A DNA stretch of 64,000 nucleotides, from NCBI GenBank assembly GCA_047601445.1, contig JASGJH010000001.1, positions 4,480,001 through 4,544,000 of the forward strand, read 5' to 3'. The notes below the pieces were generated by a model. The model saw only the letters and a list, made by a program, of their open reading frames with translations, did not search any database and was not told the origin of the DNA. Below are positions 1-9,460 of this stretch, in pieces; position 1 is the first letter of the stretch; every line of letters starts with the position of its first letter. A program made the position numbers and the translations under genes. This DNA comes from Myxococcales bacterium. GTDB taxonomy: Bacteria; Myxococcota_A; Polyangia; Polyangiales; DASUME01.

Positions 1-536
1 TTGAGCGCGAGCTGCACCGCTCGCCGATCCACGCCCAGCAAGCGGGCCGCCGCGTGTCGATTGCCACGAGTGCGGGCCAGCGCTTCCAAAACCATGGCTT
101 CACGCACGAGCTGCTGGGCGTCCTTGAGGCTGTAGCGACCAAGCTGCGAGGCCGCCATCCGCTGCAAGGTGCTCGGCCCAAGCAGGATCTCGTCCAGACA
201 TTTGATCATCTGCGGTGTATCGAGCGGCTTTTCGAGCAGTGCGTCCACGCCGCGTTGCGCATACTGGAAGGCGGTGCGCGCCGAGCAGCCCTCGCAGATC
301 AGTACGATGCGCGGCCGTTCTTCGAGCCGCTCTGCATAACTGAGCGCCTGCTCCAGCTGGTGATCAGGTACGAACAAGACGGCACAGGCTTCGGGCCCCA
401 AGCCAGCACGCAGGCTCTCGACCAGCGAGACCGTCGTGAGCTTCCGAAAACCGAGCTCCTCGCACACGCGCTCGATGATCAGCGCGTCATTCGTGTCCAG
501 GCCAGCCACGGCGAAGCCCAACGTATTCTCGAACAT
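1..536 (-). CDS. Degenerate receiver-like domain plus Fis-type HTH transcriptional regulator (partial, runs off the left edge)
   Basis: Manual translation from ATG at 536 (GGAG upstream): MFENTLGFAVAG...PRIVLICEG...GVDALLEKPLD...VLEALARTRGNRHAAARLLGVDRRAVQLAL. Receiver-like KP motif and HTH_8 signature. No stop codon before position 1, so it is absent from the ORF track. Confidence 0.75.
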   Translation of the reverse strand, partial: MFENTLGFAVAGLDTNDALIIERVCEELGFRKLTTVSLVESLRAGLGPEACAVLFVPDHQLEQALSYAERLEERPRIVLICEGCSARTAFQYAQRGVDALLEKPLDTPQMIKCLDEILLGPSTLQRMAASQLGRYSLKDAQQLVREAMVLEALARTRGNRHAAARLLGVDRRAVQLAL

Positions 537-829
537 CTCCAAGGCACACCCCAACCTGGTAGGTCGGAAAAAGCTAACACAACCGATCGGCACATGAGGT
601 CGAACCGGCGCAGGGATCGCCTGATTTGGGGTCGCAGAACGCTTTGGACCGCAAGCCACCTTGACGGCAGCGGCGACGGCATTTCCTCCTCGTCACGTTG
701 ATCTCAAGGTCTCTAGCCACCAACGGTCGCAAGCCCGCTTGCTGGTCGCTTCCCGGGAATGGTGCTCAGGCCCGGTCGGCTCGTTCGACACGCTTGGCGT
801 GCAGCATTCGCATCCTCGTAGGCAACGAC

Positions 830-2023
830 TCAAGGTACCAGGCACTCGTTCACGCACGAGAACTGATCGCAGACCTCGACCACCGCAGTAGCGGCCCCGA
901 GCGCATAGGCGCTATCAAAGAAGCGATCGTTGACGTCTTCGATGTTCTCCGACTCCGCGCCTGCGGCGATCTGCTGCTTGCAAGGACCGGCGGCCGCCGC
1001 GTAGGTCGACCCGAAGCAAGGGTTGGGGTCGACGCCGATGCCGCAGAAGCAATCGCTGATCCAGAGGTTGCCCTGCGAGTCAGGGCCAGCGCAGCCGGTG
1101 GTGTGAATGCACTCGAGGATGTGCCGGAAGATCTCCGCCCGCGGCTGGCCTGAGTATGGATTGGCTGCCATCACGGCGGTCGTCCCGACCAGCGCCGCGC
1201 CCGTCTGATAGTGGTCGGGGCAGAGGCTCGCGCCGTTGTGCTCGCTCAACTCGCAGGCAAGGCAGGCATCGGCGCCCGCGTCGGGCAGATTCCGATTCAC
1301 GACCGTGATCGCAACCGACAAGCTGTCCGTGCAGTCGCCATCGGACACGGTCAAGGTCACGTTCACGGTGCCCGTCGCGGTGGCCGCAAACGTGGTGTTG
1401 GCAGCATTCGGCGAGTGAAAGGTCCCCGAGTCCGCGGTCCAGGCGTACTTGAGCGTGGTGGGCCCCAGGTCGTAGTCGTCCGCCCCGGATGCGAGGGAGG
1501 TGCTCTGTCCCGGGCCAATGCTCGAGGGAATGGCCGTGATCCAGAGGACGTCCGGGCACACGTTGAGGTCGCCGCTCACGAGGACGGGCGGGGCCTCCGC
1601 GGCCTGCCTGCGACACTGCAGGTGCGTCATCACCGCGGTCTGCGTGCCGGCGTTCACCGTGAACGTGGCCTGGCCCGCGCAGGTCGCGCTGCCGTCGATC
1701 GCCGTTGCTGTCAGCGTCAGGCGGTAGTCTTCCCCGGGGGGAAGACCCTGGATGAGACCGCTGAACGTTGAGCCTGTGCCAGGGGCCGCGAAGGTGCCCT
1801 GTCGGATCAGGGTGTCGCGCTCCACCTTCCACTGGATCGCGTTGATGGAGACGCCCGTGCCGAGCAACAGCGTCAGCTGCGTGTCACCCAAGGTCGAGGG
1901 GATGTCACCCTCGGAACCCGCCGCCTGGGATGCATCATGGCAACCCATGCTTCCCGAGAGGACCAACACCAGCAGAGCCAACGCCAAACCGACAACGCGC
2001 TCATCGCGACCACGTCTAATCAC
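830..2023 (-). CDS. Secreted lipoprotein with Ig/PKD-like beta domains and a Cys-rich C-terminus
   Basis: Within ORF 830..2254. GTG at 2023 preceded by GAGGAGGA, hydrophobic signal ending SMGC, PKD-like YAWTADSGTF...VTLTVSDG. Confidence 0.7.
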   Translation of the reverse strand: MIRRGRDERVVGLALALLVLVLSGSMGCHDASQAAGSEGDIPSTLGDTQLTLLLGTGVSINAIQWKVERDTLIRQGTFAAPGTGSTFSGLIQGLPPGEDYRLTLTATAIDGSATCAGQATFTVNAGTQTAVMTHLQCRRQAAEAPPVLVSGDLNVCPDVLWITAIPSSIGPGQSTSLASGADDYDLGPTTLKYAWTADSGTFHSPNAANTTFAATATGTVNVTLTVSDGDCTDSLSVAITVVNRNLPDAGADACLACELSEHNGASLCPDHYQTGAALVGTTAVMAANPYSGQPRAEIFRHILECIHTTGCAGPDSQGNLWISDCFCGIGVDPNPCFGSTYAAAAGPCKQQIAAGAESENIEDVNDRFFDSAYALGAATAVVEVCDQFSCVNECLVP

Positions 2024-2269
2024 GGAATCCTCCTCACGGCCGTGGCAAAGCCTGGCGTTCCCACGACAGCGCTCGGACAGGAGCGGGATTGCTGGGGCCG
2101 CGAAGCCCGTGAGCAATAAGCGGACCGTGTAGGGAGGCGCACGAGCAGAGCTGAATGCATCACCCTGCCAGCGGGCATCTCGGATCACCCCGAGTCCAGG
2201 ATCGATGCTGCAGGGCGCTGCGCGCTCACCCTGGCGGGGACGGGGGCCTGGCACTATTCAGAGAACACG

Positions 2270-3142
2270 ATGTCCAGCGCTCGTATGCTGCTGTTCTTCG
2301 CCCTTGCCGTGGGCTGCGGTAACGCCCGCCGCGAGGCAGTCCCCGCCCGTCAGGAGAGTCCTCCTGCTGAAGTGACCCATCCGGCGCCGCCTGCCAGTGA
2401 GCTGATCTGGGAGGGCGAAAGCGCCGGCTTTCACATCCGCTGGACCACGAGCGACGTGTTGGTCACCCAACCCGCTCGCGGCGAGGTCTTCTCGGTGGCG
2501 CGGGAGGTGAGAGCGGAGCTCGAAGCTGAGCTTGCCGCGCTCAAAGCGGGCGGCGGCTCCGATTGGGTGCAAGGCACGTGCAACCGCGGAAGTAGCGTGG
2601 TGCTGCTGTCCGTGGTCGGCTCCCTCCTGAGCTATCGAGAGGAGCGATCGACGACCTGTCCGTGGCAAGCTCATGATTTTGAGGAGACATTCTATCGGAC
2701 GCGAGATTTGACCAACGGCACCAACGCCTCGCTCTCGTCGTTGTTTCCGGCCGCCGACGTGTTCAGCGCGTTGCGCCGTGACAAGCTGGTGATGGCTGCG
2801 CTCAAGGACGGTTCCGAACGACCGCGAAGGTTGTCAGAGCTGGTCGGAGCGCTCGCCCCCGTGTACACGGACACGCAGTGCTTCTCCTTTCCGGACGACG
2901 TGTTGACTCGCTTTGCCTTTCACCATCTGGAGCAGGACAAGATCGCCGTGAGGATTGGGCTACCGGGCGCGGGCCTGTGTCGAACCAACCTCACCCAGCT
3001 GGGGCTGCTGCTGCCGGTTCCTCCGTCTCTGCGTGAGGCGCTCGGAAAGGCCGCTGAATTGCGCGAAGGATGGCTTGCAAGCTCCCTGCAAAGCATCGCG
3101 AAGGGCCGGGGGACGGGGCTCAGCATGGACGCGACGCCGTGA
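2270..3142 (+). CDS. Hypothetical lipoprotein
   Basis: 290-aa ORF with lipobox LAVGC. Confidence 0.7.
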   Translation: MSSARMLLFFALAVGCGNARREAVPARQESPPAEVTHPAPPASELIWEGESAGFHIRWTTSDVLVTQPARGEVFSVAREVRAELEAELAALKAGGGSDWVQGTCNRGSSVVLLSVVGSLLSYREERSTTCPWQAHDFEETFYRTRDLTNGTNASLSSLFPAADVFSALRRDKLVMAALKDGSERPRRLSELVGALAPVYTDTQCFSFPDDVLTRFAFHHLEQDKIAVRIGLPGAGLCRTNLTQLGLLLPVPPSLREALGKAAELREGWLASSLQSIAKGRGTGLSMDATP

Positions 3143-3158
3143 AACCTTGGCGGCCCTC

Positions 3159-5093
3159 CTACGGGGTCTGCTTGGACAGCTCCTCGTCCGGATCGTCTGC
3201 CCAGGCGCTCACCCAGGTGCCCTCGCGCTCCACGGTGCGCAAAAAGGCGTCGTAGTAATCGTGGCCGCCGAGCGTGGCGCTGTCGCCGAGCACCAGGAGA
3301 AAGCGCTTGGCGCGCGTGAGCGCCACGTTCATACGGCGAATGTCGGTGAGAAAGCCGAGGGCGCGGTCGGGGTTGCTGCGCACGAGGTCGACGATGATGG
3401 CCTCTTTCTCACGGCCTTGAAAGCCATCGACCGTTCCGATCTCCAGGCCCTGCCCTCGCTCCTCCGCGAGCAGGCTGCGCAGCAGCCGGGCCTGGGCCTC
3501 GTAGGGTGTGATCACCGCGACCTGGTCGGGAGCGAGACCGCGACGCAAGAGACGCTTGAGCTCGGCTGCCGCGCGCTCTGCCTGCTGCGGATTGCGGGAG
3601 CTTGGGTCATTGCTGGCGTGCTCTTCCTCCCAGCCCCGACCGGCGCTGTCGATGAACACCAGAACGCCCGGCCTCAGGGAGTCGGGGCGCATACCGAGCT
3701 CTTCGAGCGTGTGCTGGGCGACCGACGGCGTCGCCAGCAGCTGCCCCTGGTACATGCTCTGAGAGGGGAAGTGCATCAGCGTCTCGTGCATGCGGTGCTG
3801 CACGCGCAACAGCGCCACGAGCTCCGGCTGCATGGTCGCCACGCGCTCGAACCAGGTGCTGGCCAGGCCATTGTGCGCCGCTTCCTCGTCGATCACCGTG
3901 GGAGGAAGCTGCATCGGATCGCCAGCGAGCACGGCCTTGGGTGCCTTCAGCAGCGCGATCAGGGACATCGGATCGGGCGCCTGCGTAGCTTCGTCGATCA
4001 CCACGCGATCCACCGGGAAGCGCTGCATGAGCTTGGAATCGGCCCCTGCGCAGGTGGCACAGATCACCTTCGCCTGGGCAAGCACCAGGTCCTGCGCCGA
4101 GGCGAGCAGCGCGCGTGCGTCACCGATCAAGCGCGAAGCCTCTTGCAGCATGCCGCGTCGCTCGCGGTAGGTGATGGCGCCGCGTGCCAGGCGCTTGTCT
4201 GCGGTGCGCCGCAGCTGCTCTGCCTCTCGGTTCCAGGTCCTGGCCAGCTTCGAAGCGTCACTGACTTCCACCAGGGCATCCAGTGTTGCACCCTCGACTT
4301 CGGGCGAGACTCGCGCTGGATGCCCGAGACGAACCAGGGGAACACGATGCGCGATCAGGCGCTCGGCCAGGTTGTCGACCGCGGTGTTGCTGGCCGCCGT
4401 CACCAACACCCGCTCGCCTCGCTGCACGCACTGACGGATCACCTCGACGAGTGTGCGCGTCTTGCCGGTCCCTGGCGGGCCGTGGATAAGGGAGAGCGGC
4501 GCGGCGGCGAGGGCGAGCGAGACCGCGACGCGTTGAGGCGGATTGAGCTCGCCATCGAGAAACGTGGGCTCGGAAGCTTGCGACAGCTTCGACGTTCCCC
4601 GCAAGAGCGCCTCACGCAGGATCGCTTCGGGCGAGCCCGTGCGCGCTGCGATGAGCCGCGTGATCGCGCGCTCTCCACGATCAAAGGTGGACTCGGGGGC
4701 CTCACGGTCTAGCTGAAATCCGCCGTCCCAGATCCGTTCGGGCACGTCGCCATCGACGACGAGCGCGAGCTTGCCCCTGGCGCGGCGCGAGACCACCGCG
4801 GAGATCGCTTCGGGCTCATCGGGCGCCTGCCACCAGAGGCTCACCGGTTCGCCGTTGGAGATGCGGACATCGTCCAGATCGATCGAGCCGCGTGTCTCCA
4901 GCCACAAGCGCAAGCGGCCCCCTGCCACCGCTTCGGCGTCGCTCACGTGCAAGTCCTCGAGTGCAAGGCCGCGCTCCACGCGCTCCGCGAGCGACAGCGT
5001 GCTTCGCTCCTGCCGAAAGCGCTCGCGGGTCGCCAAGCGCTCGCGCAGCCACAGGGCCTTGAGCCGCTCTAGGGTGAAGTCAGGAGGTGCCAC
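3159..5093 (-). CDS. Superfamily 1 helicase, Upf1/IGHMBP2-like (AAA_11/AAA_12)
   Basis: GPPGTGKT Walker A, ASNTAVDNL, VIDEATQ, GDPMQLPP, QHRM, TVDGFQGREKE, NVALTRAK. Confidence 0.93.
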   Translation of the reverse strand: MAPPDFTLERLKALWLRERLATRERFRQERSTLSLAERVERGLALEDLHVSDAEAVAGGRLRLWLETRGSIDLDDVRISNGEPVSLWWQAPDEPEAISAVVSRRARGKLALVVDGDVPERIWDGGFQLDREAPESTFDRGERAITRLIAARTGSPEAILREALLRGTSKLSQASEPTFLDGELNPPQRVAVSLALAAAPLSLIHGPPGTGKTRTLVEVIRQCVQRGERVLVTAASNTAVDNLAERLIAHRVPLVRLGHPARVSPEVEGATLDALVEVSDASKLARTWNREAEQLRRTADKRLARGAITYRERRGMLQEASRLIGDARALLASAQDLVLAQAKVICATCAGADSKLMQRFPVDRVVIDEATQAPDPMSLIALLKAPKAVLAGDPMQLPPTVIDEEAAHNGLASTWFERVATMQPELVALLRVQHRMHETLMHFPSQSMYQGQLLATPSVAQHTLEELGMRPDSLRPGVLVFIDSAGRGWEEEHASNDPSSRNPQQAERAAAELKRLLRRGLAPDQVAVITPYEAQARLLRSLLAEERGQGLEIGTVDGFQGREKEAIIVDLVRSNPDRALGFLTDIRRMNVALTRAKRFLLVLGDSATLGGHDYYDAFLRTVEREGTWVSAWADDPDEELSKQTP

Positions 5094-5201
5094 GACCAGG
5101 GCGTGATGAAGGAACGGCCCTTGGCGTGCAAGGCGAGGATTGACCTGTCGTTCTTGCGCCCGCCCTCGTTTCCACTCCGATTTCCTTGCCGGCTGTAGTG
5201 C

Positions 5202-6398
5202 TCAGTCGGAGCGTGGGCGTCGTTTGAATCGGCGCAACATCATGGCGAATCCGACGAGTGCGAGCCAGGCCCCGCCTGAGCGCGACTGTTCTGCGCCTAC
5301 GCTGCAGCCCGAGTCGTCCTTCTTCGACGGTTTGGGCTCGCAGCGGGGATCCTCGTTCGGGCACTCGGCGCTGGCATCGACGGTGCCCGCATCATTCTTG
5401 GCCGGCCCTCCCGTTCCCTGCCCCATGTCGCCAGCTCCAGAGTCGCTGTCGCTGGTTCCAGAATCGACGTCCCCGTCACCCGTTCCCGGATCTACCCCGG
5501 CGTCGCCGCCCGTCGTGACGCCCAGCGTACAGTCGTTGTGGCAGGCGTCCGCGTCGACCTTGTTGCCGTCGTCGCAGGCCTCGCCTGCCGACTTCTTGCC
5601 GTCGCCGCAGTAGAGCCGCTTGCACTCCCTGCTGCAGGAGTCGCCGTCGACGAAGTTGCCGTCGTCGCACTCTTCGGGGGTCTTGAGATGACCGTCGCCG
5701 CAATAGCTGTCGTTGCAGCTATTGTTGCACTCGTTGGTATCGTCGTTGTCGCCGTCATCGCAGCCTTCGAGGCCTTCGAGCGTGCTGTTGCCGCAGTCCG
5801 ACGCCGGCAGCGTGCCCAGCTGCCCCGCATTGTTGCGCGGCGAGGGCACGGCGAGCTGGAAATCCGTGAAGCTATCGTTTGTGTCGTCGGCCCCTTCGAG
5901 CGTCGCGTTGGATTTCGTGCTGCGTTCGAATGACTTACCTCGTGGGATCCCGTCGCCGGGCCCCGCCGGATGCCCGGTTCCGCTCGTCGGACCCGTGTAG
6001 TTTCCCCACGAGACGCAGTCGATGGTCTCGAAGCAGATCTTCCCGCCCAGTGGATCGATGGGATTTGCCAGCGTAAGGTCGGCGACGATGTTGAACTTCG
6101 TCTGCGCTTCCGCGGTGGCGATCAGCACGCTGTCTTGGTTCAGCGCCGAAGACACATTTGCCGCGAACGTCGCCTCTTGGACGAGCGCCCCGTCGCTTCC
6201 GTAGATCAGCACAGAGTGGCCGCTGAGCTTGTTCTGGCCGGCCGCGTACATCTGCAGCTCGATATAGGACGAGTTGAGCCCGAGGTAGTAGCCAGTGAAC
6301 ACCTCGCGAATGCTCATCAGATGGTGATCGGCGCGGGCGGGCATCGAGGCCAGCAGAGCGCCGATGCTGAGGGCGATTCCAAGGCTTGGGCGTTTCAA
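5202..6398 (-). CDS. Surface protein with myxobacterial Cys-rich (DUF4215-like) repeats and a MYXO-CTERM-like tail
   Basis: Repeats of CGDG....E.CDDGN. C-terminal SGCSVG...hydrophobic...RRFKRR. Likely TTG start at 6398 with AGGAG upstream (the ORF track extends to 6545). Confidence 0.85.
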   Translation of the reverse strand: MKRPSLGIALSIGALLASMPARADHHLMSIREVFTGYYLGLNSSYIELQMYAAGQNKLSGHSVLIYGSDGALVQEATFAANVSSALNQDSVLIATAEAQTKFNIVADLTLANPIDPLGGKICFETIDCVSWGNYTGPTSGTGHPAGPGDGIPRGKSFERSTKSNATLEGADDTNDSFTDFQLAVPSPRNNAGQLGTLPASDCGNSTLEGLEGCDDGDNDDTNECNNSCNDSYCGDGHLKTPEECDDGNFVDGDSCSRECKRLYCGDGKKSAGEACDDGNKVDADACHNDCTLGVTTGGDAGVDPGTGDGDVDSGTSDSDSGAGDMGQGTGGPAKNDAGTVDASAECPNEDPRCEPKPSKKDDSGCSVGAEQSRSGGAWLALVGFAMMLRRFKRRPRSD

Positions 6399-6545
6399 GA
6401 GAGCTCCTAGTGTGTGAGACCGCAGGCGCTGGCCGGTCCGTTCGGGGCAAGCTGCTCGGAACGGGGTTGCCCTCACTGCGGACGACCTCAAGGTAGCGCC
6501 TTTTGTACCCGGAAGAGGAGCGGATGCTGGGGTGAGCGTCGTCAA

Positions 6546-7346
6546 TCACTCGGCGACGAACGGGATCTCCACGATCACCGTTCCACCTCCATTCGGCTTC
6601 GGCATGGACCAGCGCCGCACGGCATGGACGATGCAGCAGCCGACTAGCGCCTCGCCGGCTCCGTTGTCCACGAGCGCGGCAGACTGGATGCCCCCGTCGG
6701 GGCCGATCACGAACTGGGTGACGACACGACCACCGACATAGGGCAACACACCGATTGCGTCGATGAAGCAGCGCTGAAGGTCGCCGATTTGCACTCGAAC
6801 CGCATTGTGGATCACGTCCTTGAGTAGCCAGCCAATCGGCGAGGAGTCGAACCGGAGGTCTTCCCGTGCGACCCGCCCATAGAGCACGCTATCCGGCGGC
6901 AGGGTCGCCTGGGCCCGGTGCAGCTCATCGAAAACGCATGCGAGGGTCTCGGGGGACGGCAGCTCGCCAGGTTGCTCCCCCGCGATCTCCACGCGCCCGT
7001 CGCGCAGCACCACGTGCACCTCGTGGTCTGAAGTGGCGTCGAAGCAGGCCGAGAGAGCCGAGGCGTGGGCAGCGAGTGGCTCGGAGACCTCTGGAAGCGT
7101 CTTGCCGACAGGCTCGAAGTCGCTGGGCTCGCAAGCGCCGTGGGCAGCGACGTAGGCGCGCACGCCTTGCTGCGGGTCATTGGGCGCCTGCGGCTGGTGT
7201 CGAGCTGGTGATGAGCACGCGAGGGTCGCGAGCAACCATGCTGAGCACACTCGCGGAGGGCATTGCAGAAGATCGAACCGGCGAAAAGCGTTGAACATGC
7301 GCTGCAACATCCCCCGTGCTCGCCGTCCCTCGCGCGGCGCGGGCAC
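6546..7346 (-). CDS. Lipoprotein with AgmX/PglI (TonB C-terminal-like) domain
   Basis: C-terminal LQRCF...GRVVTQFVIGPDG...CIVHAVRRWSMPKPNGGGTVIVEIPF and lipobox TLAC. True start is probably downstream of 7346. Confidence 0.75.
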   Translation of the reverse strand: MPAPREGRRARGMLQRMFNAFRRFDLLQCPPRVCSAWLLATLACSSPARHQPQAPNDPQQGVRAYVAAHGACEPSDFEPVGKTLPEVSEPLAAHASALSACFDATSDHEVHVVLRDGRVEIAGEQPGELPSPETLACVFDELHRAQATLPPDSVLYGRVAREDLRFDSSPIGWLLKDVIHNAVRVQIGDLQRCFIDAIGVLPYVGGRVVTQFVIGPDGGIQSAALVDNGAGEALVGCCIVHAVRRWSMPKPNGGGTVIVEIPFVAE

Positions 7347-7448
7347 GGCTTTCCTTCGCCTTCTAGGCTACAGGCCTCAAGGCAGCCAGCGGAAGAGCGA
7401 CCCGGCGCACCCGTGCGCGCGCGACTTCGAAGTCGTGCATGTTCGATC

Positions 7449-7751
7449 TCACGCAAATGCCGGCGCGCTCTGTTCGGCCAGCTGCCTAAACAACACGACC
7501 AGCTCCTGTGTGGTCGACGTTGGAAACCGACTCGCGTGCTTCGCTTCAGGCCTTTCCAGGCATTTCCTGAGGACGCGATTCGCTTCTGCCCTGGCGCGCT
7601 CGAGCCGCGCCACGTTCGCGCGCTGGGCTCGCACTAACTCCTGCTCGTGAGCGCGGCAAAAGCGTAAGAGCCGCTCGAGCGTGCGCAACACGTCCAGCTG
7701 AGCAGCCTCGATGTCGGCGAGAAGGCCGGCAAAGTCCGCAGCGATGGTCAT
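7449..7751 (-). CDS. Hypothetical helical protein
   Basis: 100-aa ORF with ATG start and protein-like composition; no motif recognised. Confidence 0.4.
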   Translation of the reverse strand: MTIAADFAGLLADIEAAQLDVLRTLERLLRFCRAHEQELVRAQRANVARLERARAEANRVLRKCLERPEAKHASRFPTSTTQELVVLFRQLAEQSAPAFA

Positions 7752-7850
7752 AGGAGTGACCGGGCACTACAAAGCAAGCAGTCTGCATCGGCGAGTTCGT
7801 GTGAGCGGCATTAGTCATTGTCACCTCTTCGGTCCACGTCCGTTCTCTCT

Positions 7851-8153
7851 CTACTCACAGACCTCCCCCGCATCGCAAGCGCACCCGCGCCCCTTGTGAC
7901 AGCTCTTCTCCCGACTGATGCACGAGTCCCCGCAAGCCTGCCCCTTCGAACAGACCTTGCAGCACGACTCCTCGGGCACGCACGCGAGCATCACCGCATC
8001 GCCCGCGCCATGATCCGCGACCACCACGCGCCGCGCACCATCCGCCTCCGCGTCTCCGCCCACTGAGGCCCGAGCCTCCGCGCTCCACAGCCCGAGCGCG
8101 TACCCAACGAGTCCTACGGCGATCGGCCCAAGAAGTGCGCGCGTGCTCGGCAT
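7851..8153 (-). CDS. Small exported Cys-rich protein
   Basis: N-terminal hydrophobic segment and C-terminal CCKVCSKGQACGDSCISREKSCHKGRGCAC. Confidence 0.65.
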   Translation of the reverse strand: MPSTRALLGPIAVGLVGYALGLWSAEARASVGGDAEADGARRVVVADHGAGDAVMLACVPEESCCKVCSKGQACGDSCISREKSCHKGRGCACDAGEVCE

Positions 8154-8540
8154 CCTTTCATCATCCCGAAATCCCGCGGGCCCGCGCAATCCACAGCGCG
8201 TGAGGACAGGTTGGTGCGCGACGGATAGTCAATCGTTCGCCACCCATTGATCGCCGTTCAATCCTCGCATTTCCGCGATCCCACGCACGATTCGCGCGCT
8301 CGACGTTAGCCCGTCCCGCAACGCGCCCTGCCCTACCCGCTCCCTACCCGGGGTGGCGCACAAAGTAGACGCGCAGATTTTGCTCACAGGTCGAAACTGG
8401 CCAGTCGTACTATCCATCCAAGGGACAGGCCCGGAGCGACTCCTCTCGTCGCTTCGTTGGGGTTCGCGCGCGCTCGTTCACGTCGCGCGGCGAGCTCGGT
8501 GCACCCGTGCGCAGTTCACTCGCCTTTGACCAGGGAACCC

Positions 8541-9395
8541 ATGACCCTCGCCAACTACGCCGTCGCCAACGCCAACGCACCGGTCGCCATCAGCCCCGGC
8601 ATCTCCGCACCCGCCGGCCCCAAGTTCCCCGACCTACTCGGACCCGGCGCACCCGTACGCGCGCGCGACTTCGAAGCCCAAGGCAACGCGCTCCATCGCA
8701 ACATCGCCATCGCAGTGTGGGGCATCGCCATGCTCGGCCTCGTGGTCGGCACCATGGGCGCATTCCTCGGCCTGCTCATCCTCGGCTGGCTCATCGCGCA
8801 CGTCATGCGCAAGCGCATCCAGGCCCAAATCAAAGGCACCTGCCTCGAGGTCGGCCCCAACCAGCTCCCCGAGATCTACGCCTGCACCAAAGCCTTCGCC
8901 GAACGCCTCGGCCTCAAAGAAGTCCCCCACATCTACATCGCCGAAGGCAACACCGCCAACGCCGCCGCCGTCCGCCTCGGCTCCCGCAACATCGTCTTCC
9001 TCATCGACGACATCGTCTGGGGAGCCCTCAAAGCCGGCGACCCCAACGCCCTCTCCTTCATCATCGCCCACGAACTAGCCCACCACGCCCTCGGGCATAC
9101 CAGCTCGCTGCAGCTCTACCTCTCCACCATCTACAAGCCGCTGTCGCGGCTGAATGAGCTGAGTTGCGATGCGGTGGCGTTGCAGCTCGTGGGGAGTCGG
9201 GAGGCTGCCTACAACGGGATCATCATGCTGATGGTTGGGCCGCAGTTGGTTCCGTATGTGAACAGGGCGGCGTTGTTCGCGCAGGCGGAGCAGGTCGGGC
9301 AGGACAAGATGACGAAGAAGGCGGAGAAGGTGCACTCGCATCCGTTTGTGGCGCGAAGGTTGTGGGAGTTGAGGAACGTGGGGATGGGGCGGTGA
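8541..9395 (+). CDS. M48 family (HtpX/Ste24-like) membrane zinc metallopeptidase
   Basis: Two TM helices, NAAA, HELAHH (HExxH), ELSCD, HSHP...R. Confidence 0.88.
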   Translation: MTLANYAVANANAPVAISPGISAPAGPKFPDLLGPGAPVRARDFEAQGNALHRNIAIAVWGIAMLGLVVGTMGAFLGLLILGWLIAHVMRKRIQAQIKGTCLEVGPNQLPEIYACTKAFAERLGLKEVPHIYIAEGNTANAAAVRLGSRNIVFLIDDIVWGALKAGDPNALSFIIAHELAHHALGHTSSLQLYLSTIYKPLSRLNELSCDAVALQLVGSREAAYNGIIMLMVGPQLVPYVNRAALFAQAEQVGQDKMTKKAEKVHSHPFVARRLWELRNVGMGR

Positions 9396-9460
9396 GCTGT
9401 ATCTGGCTTGCGAGCGTCAGAACGCAACAGGGTTAGGTCCATGTCACGCGAGTTGAGGGG

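Noticed and set aside
54..701. 215-aa plus-strand ORF
   Set aside because: Antisense to a better supported minus-strand receiver/Fis-HTH gene (1..536).
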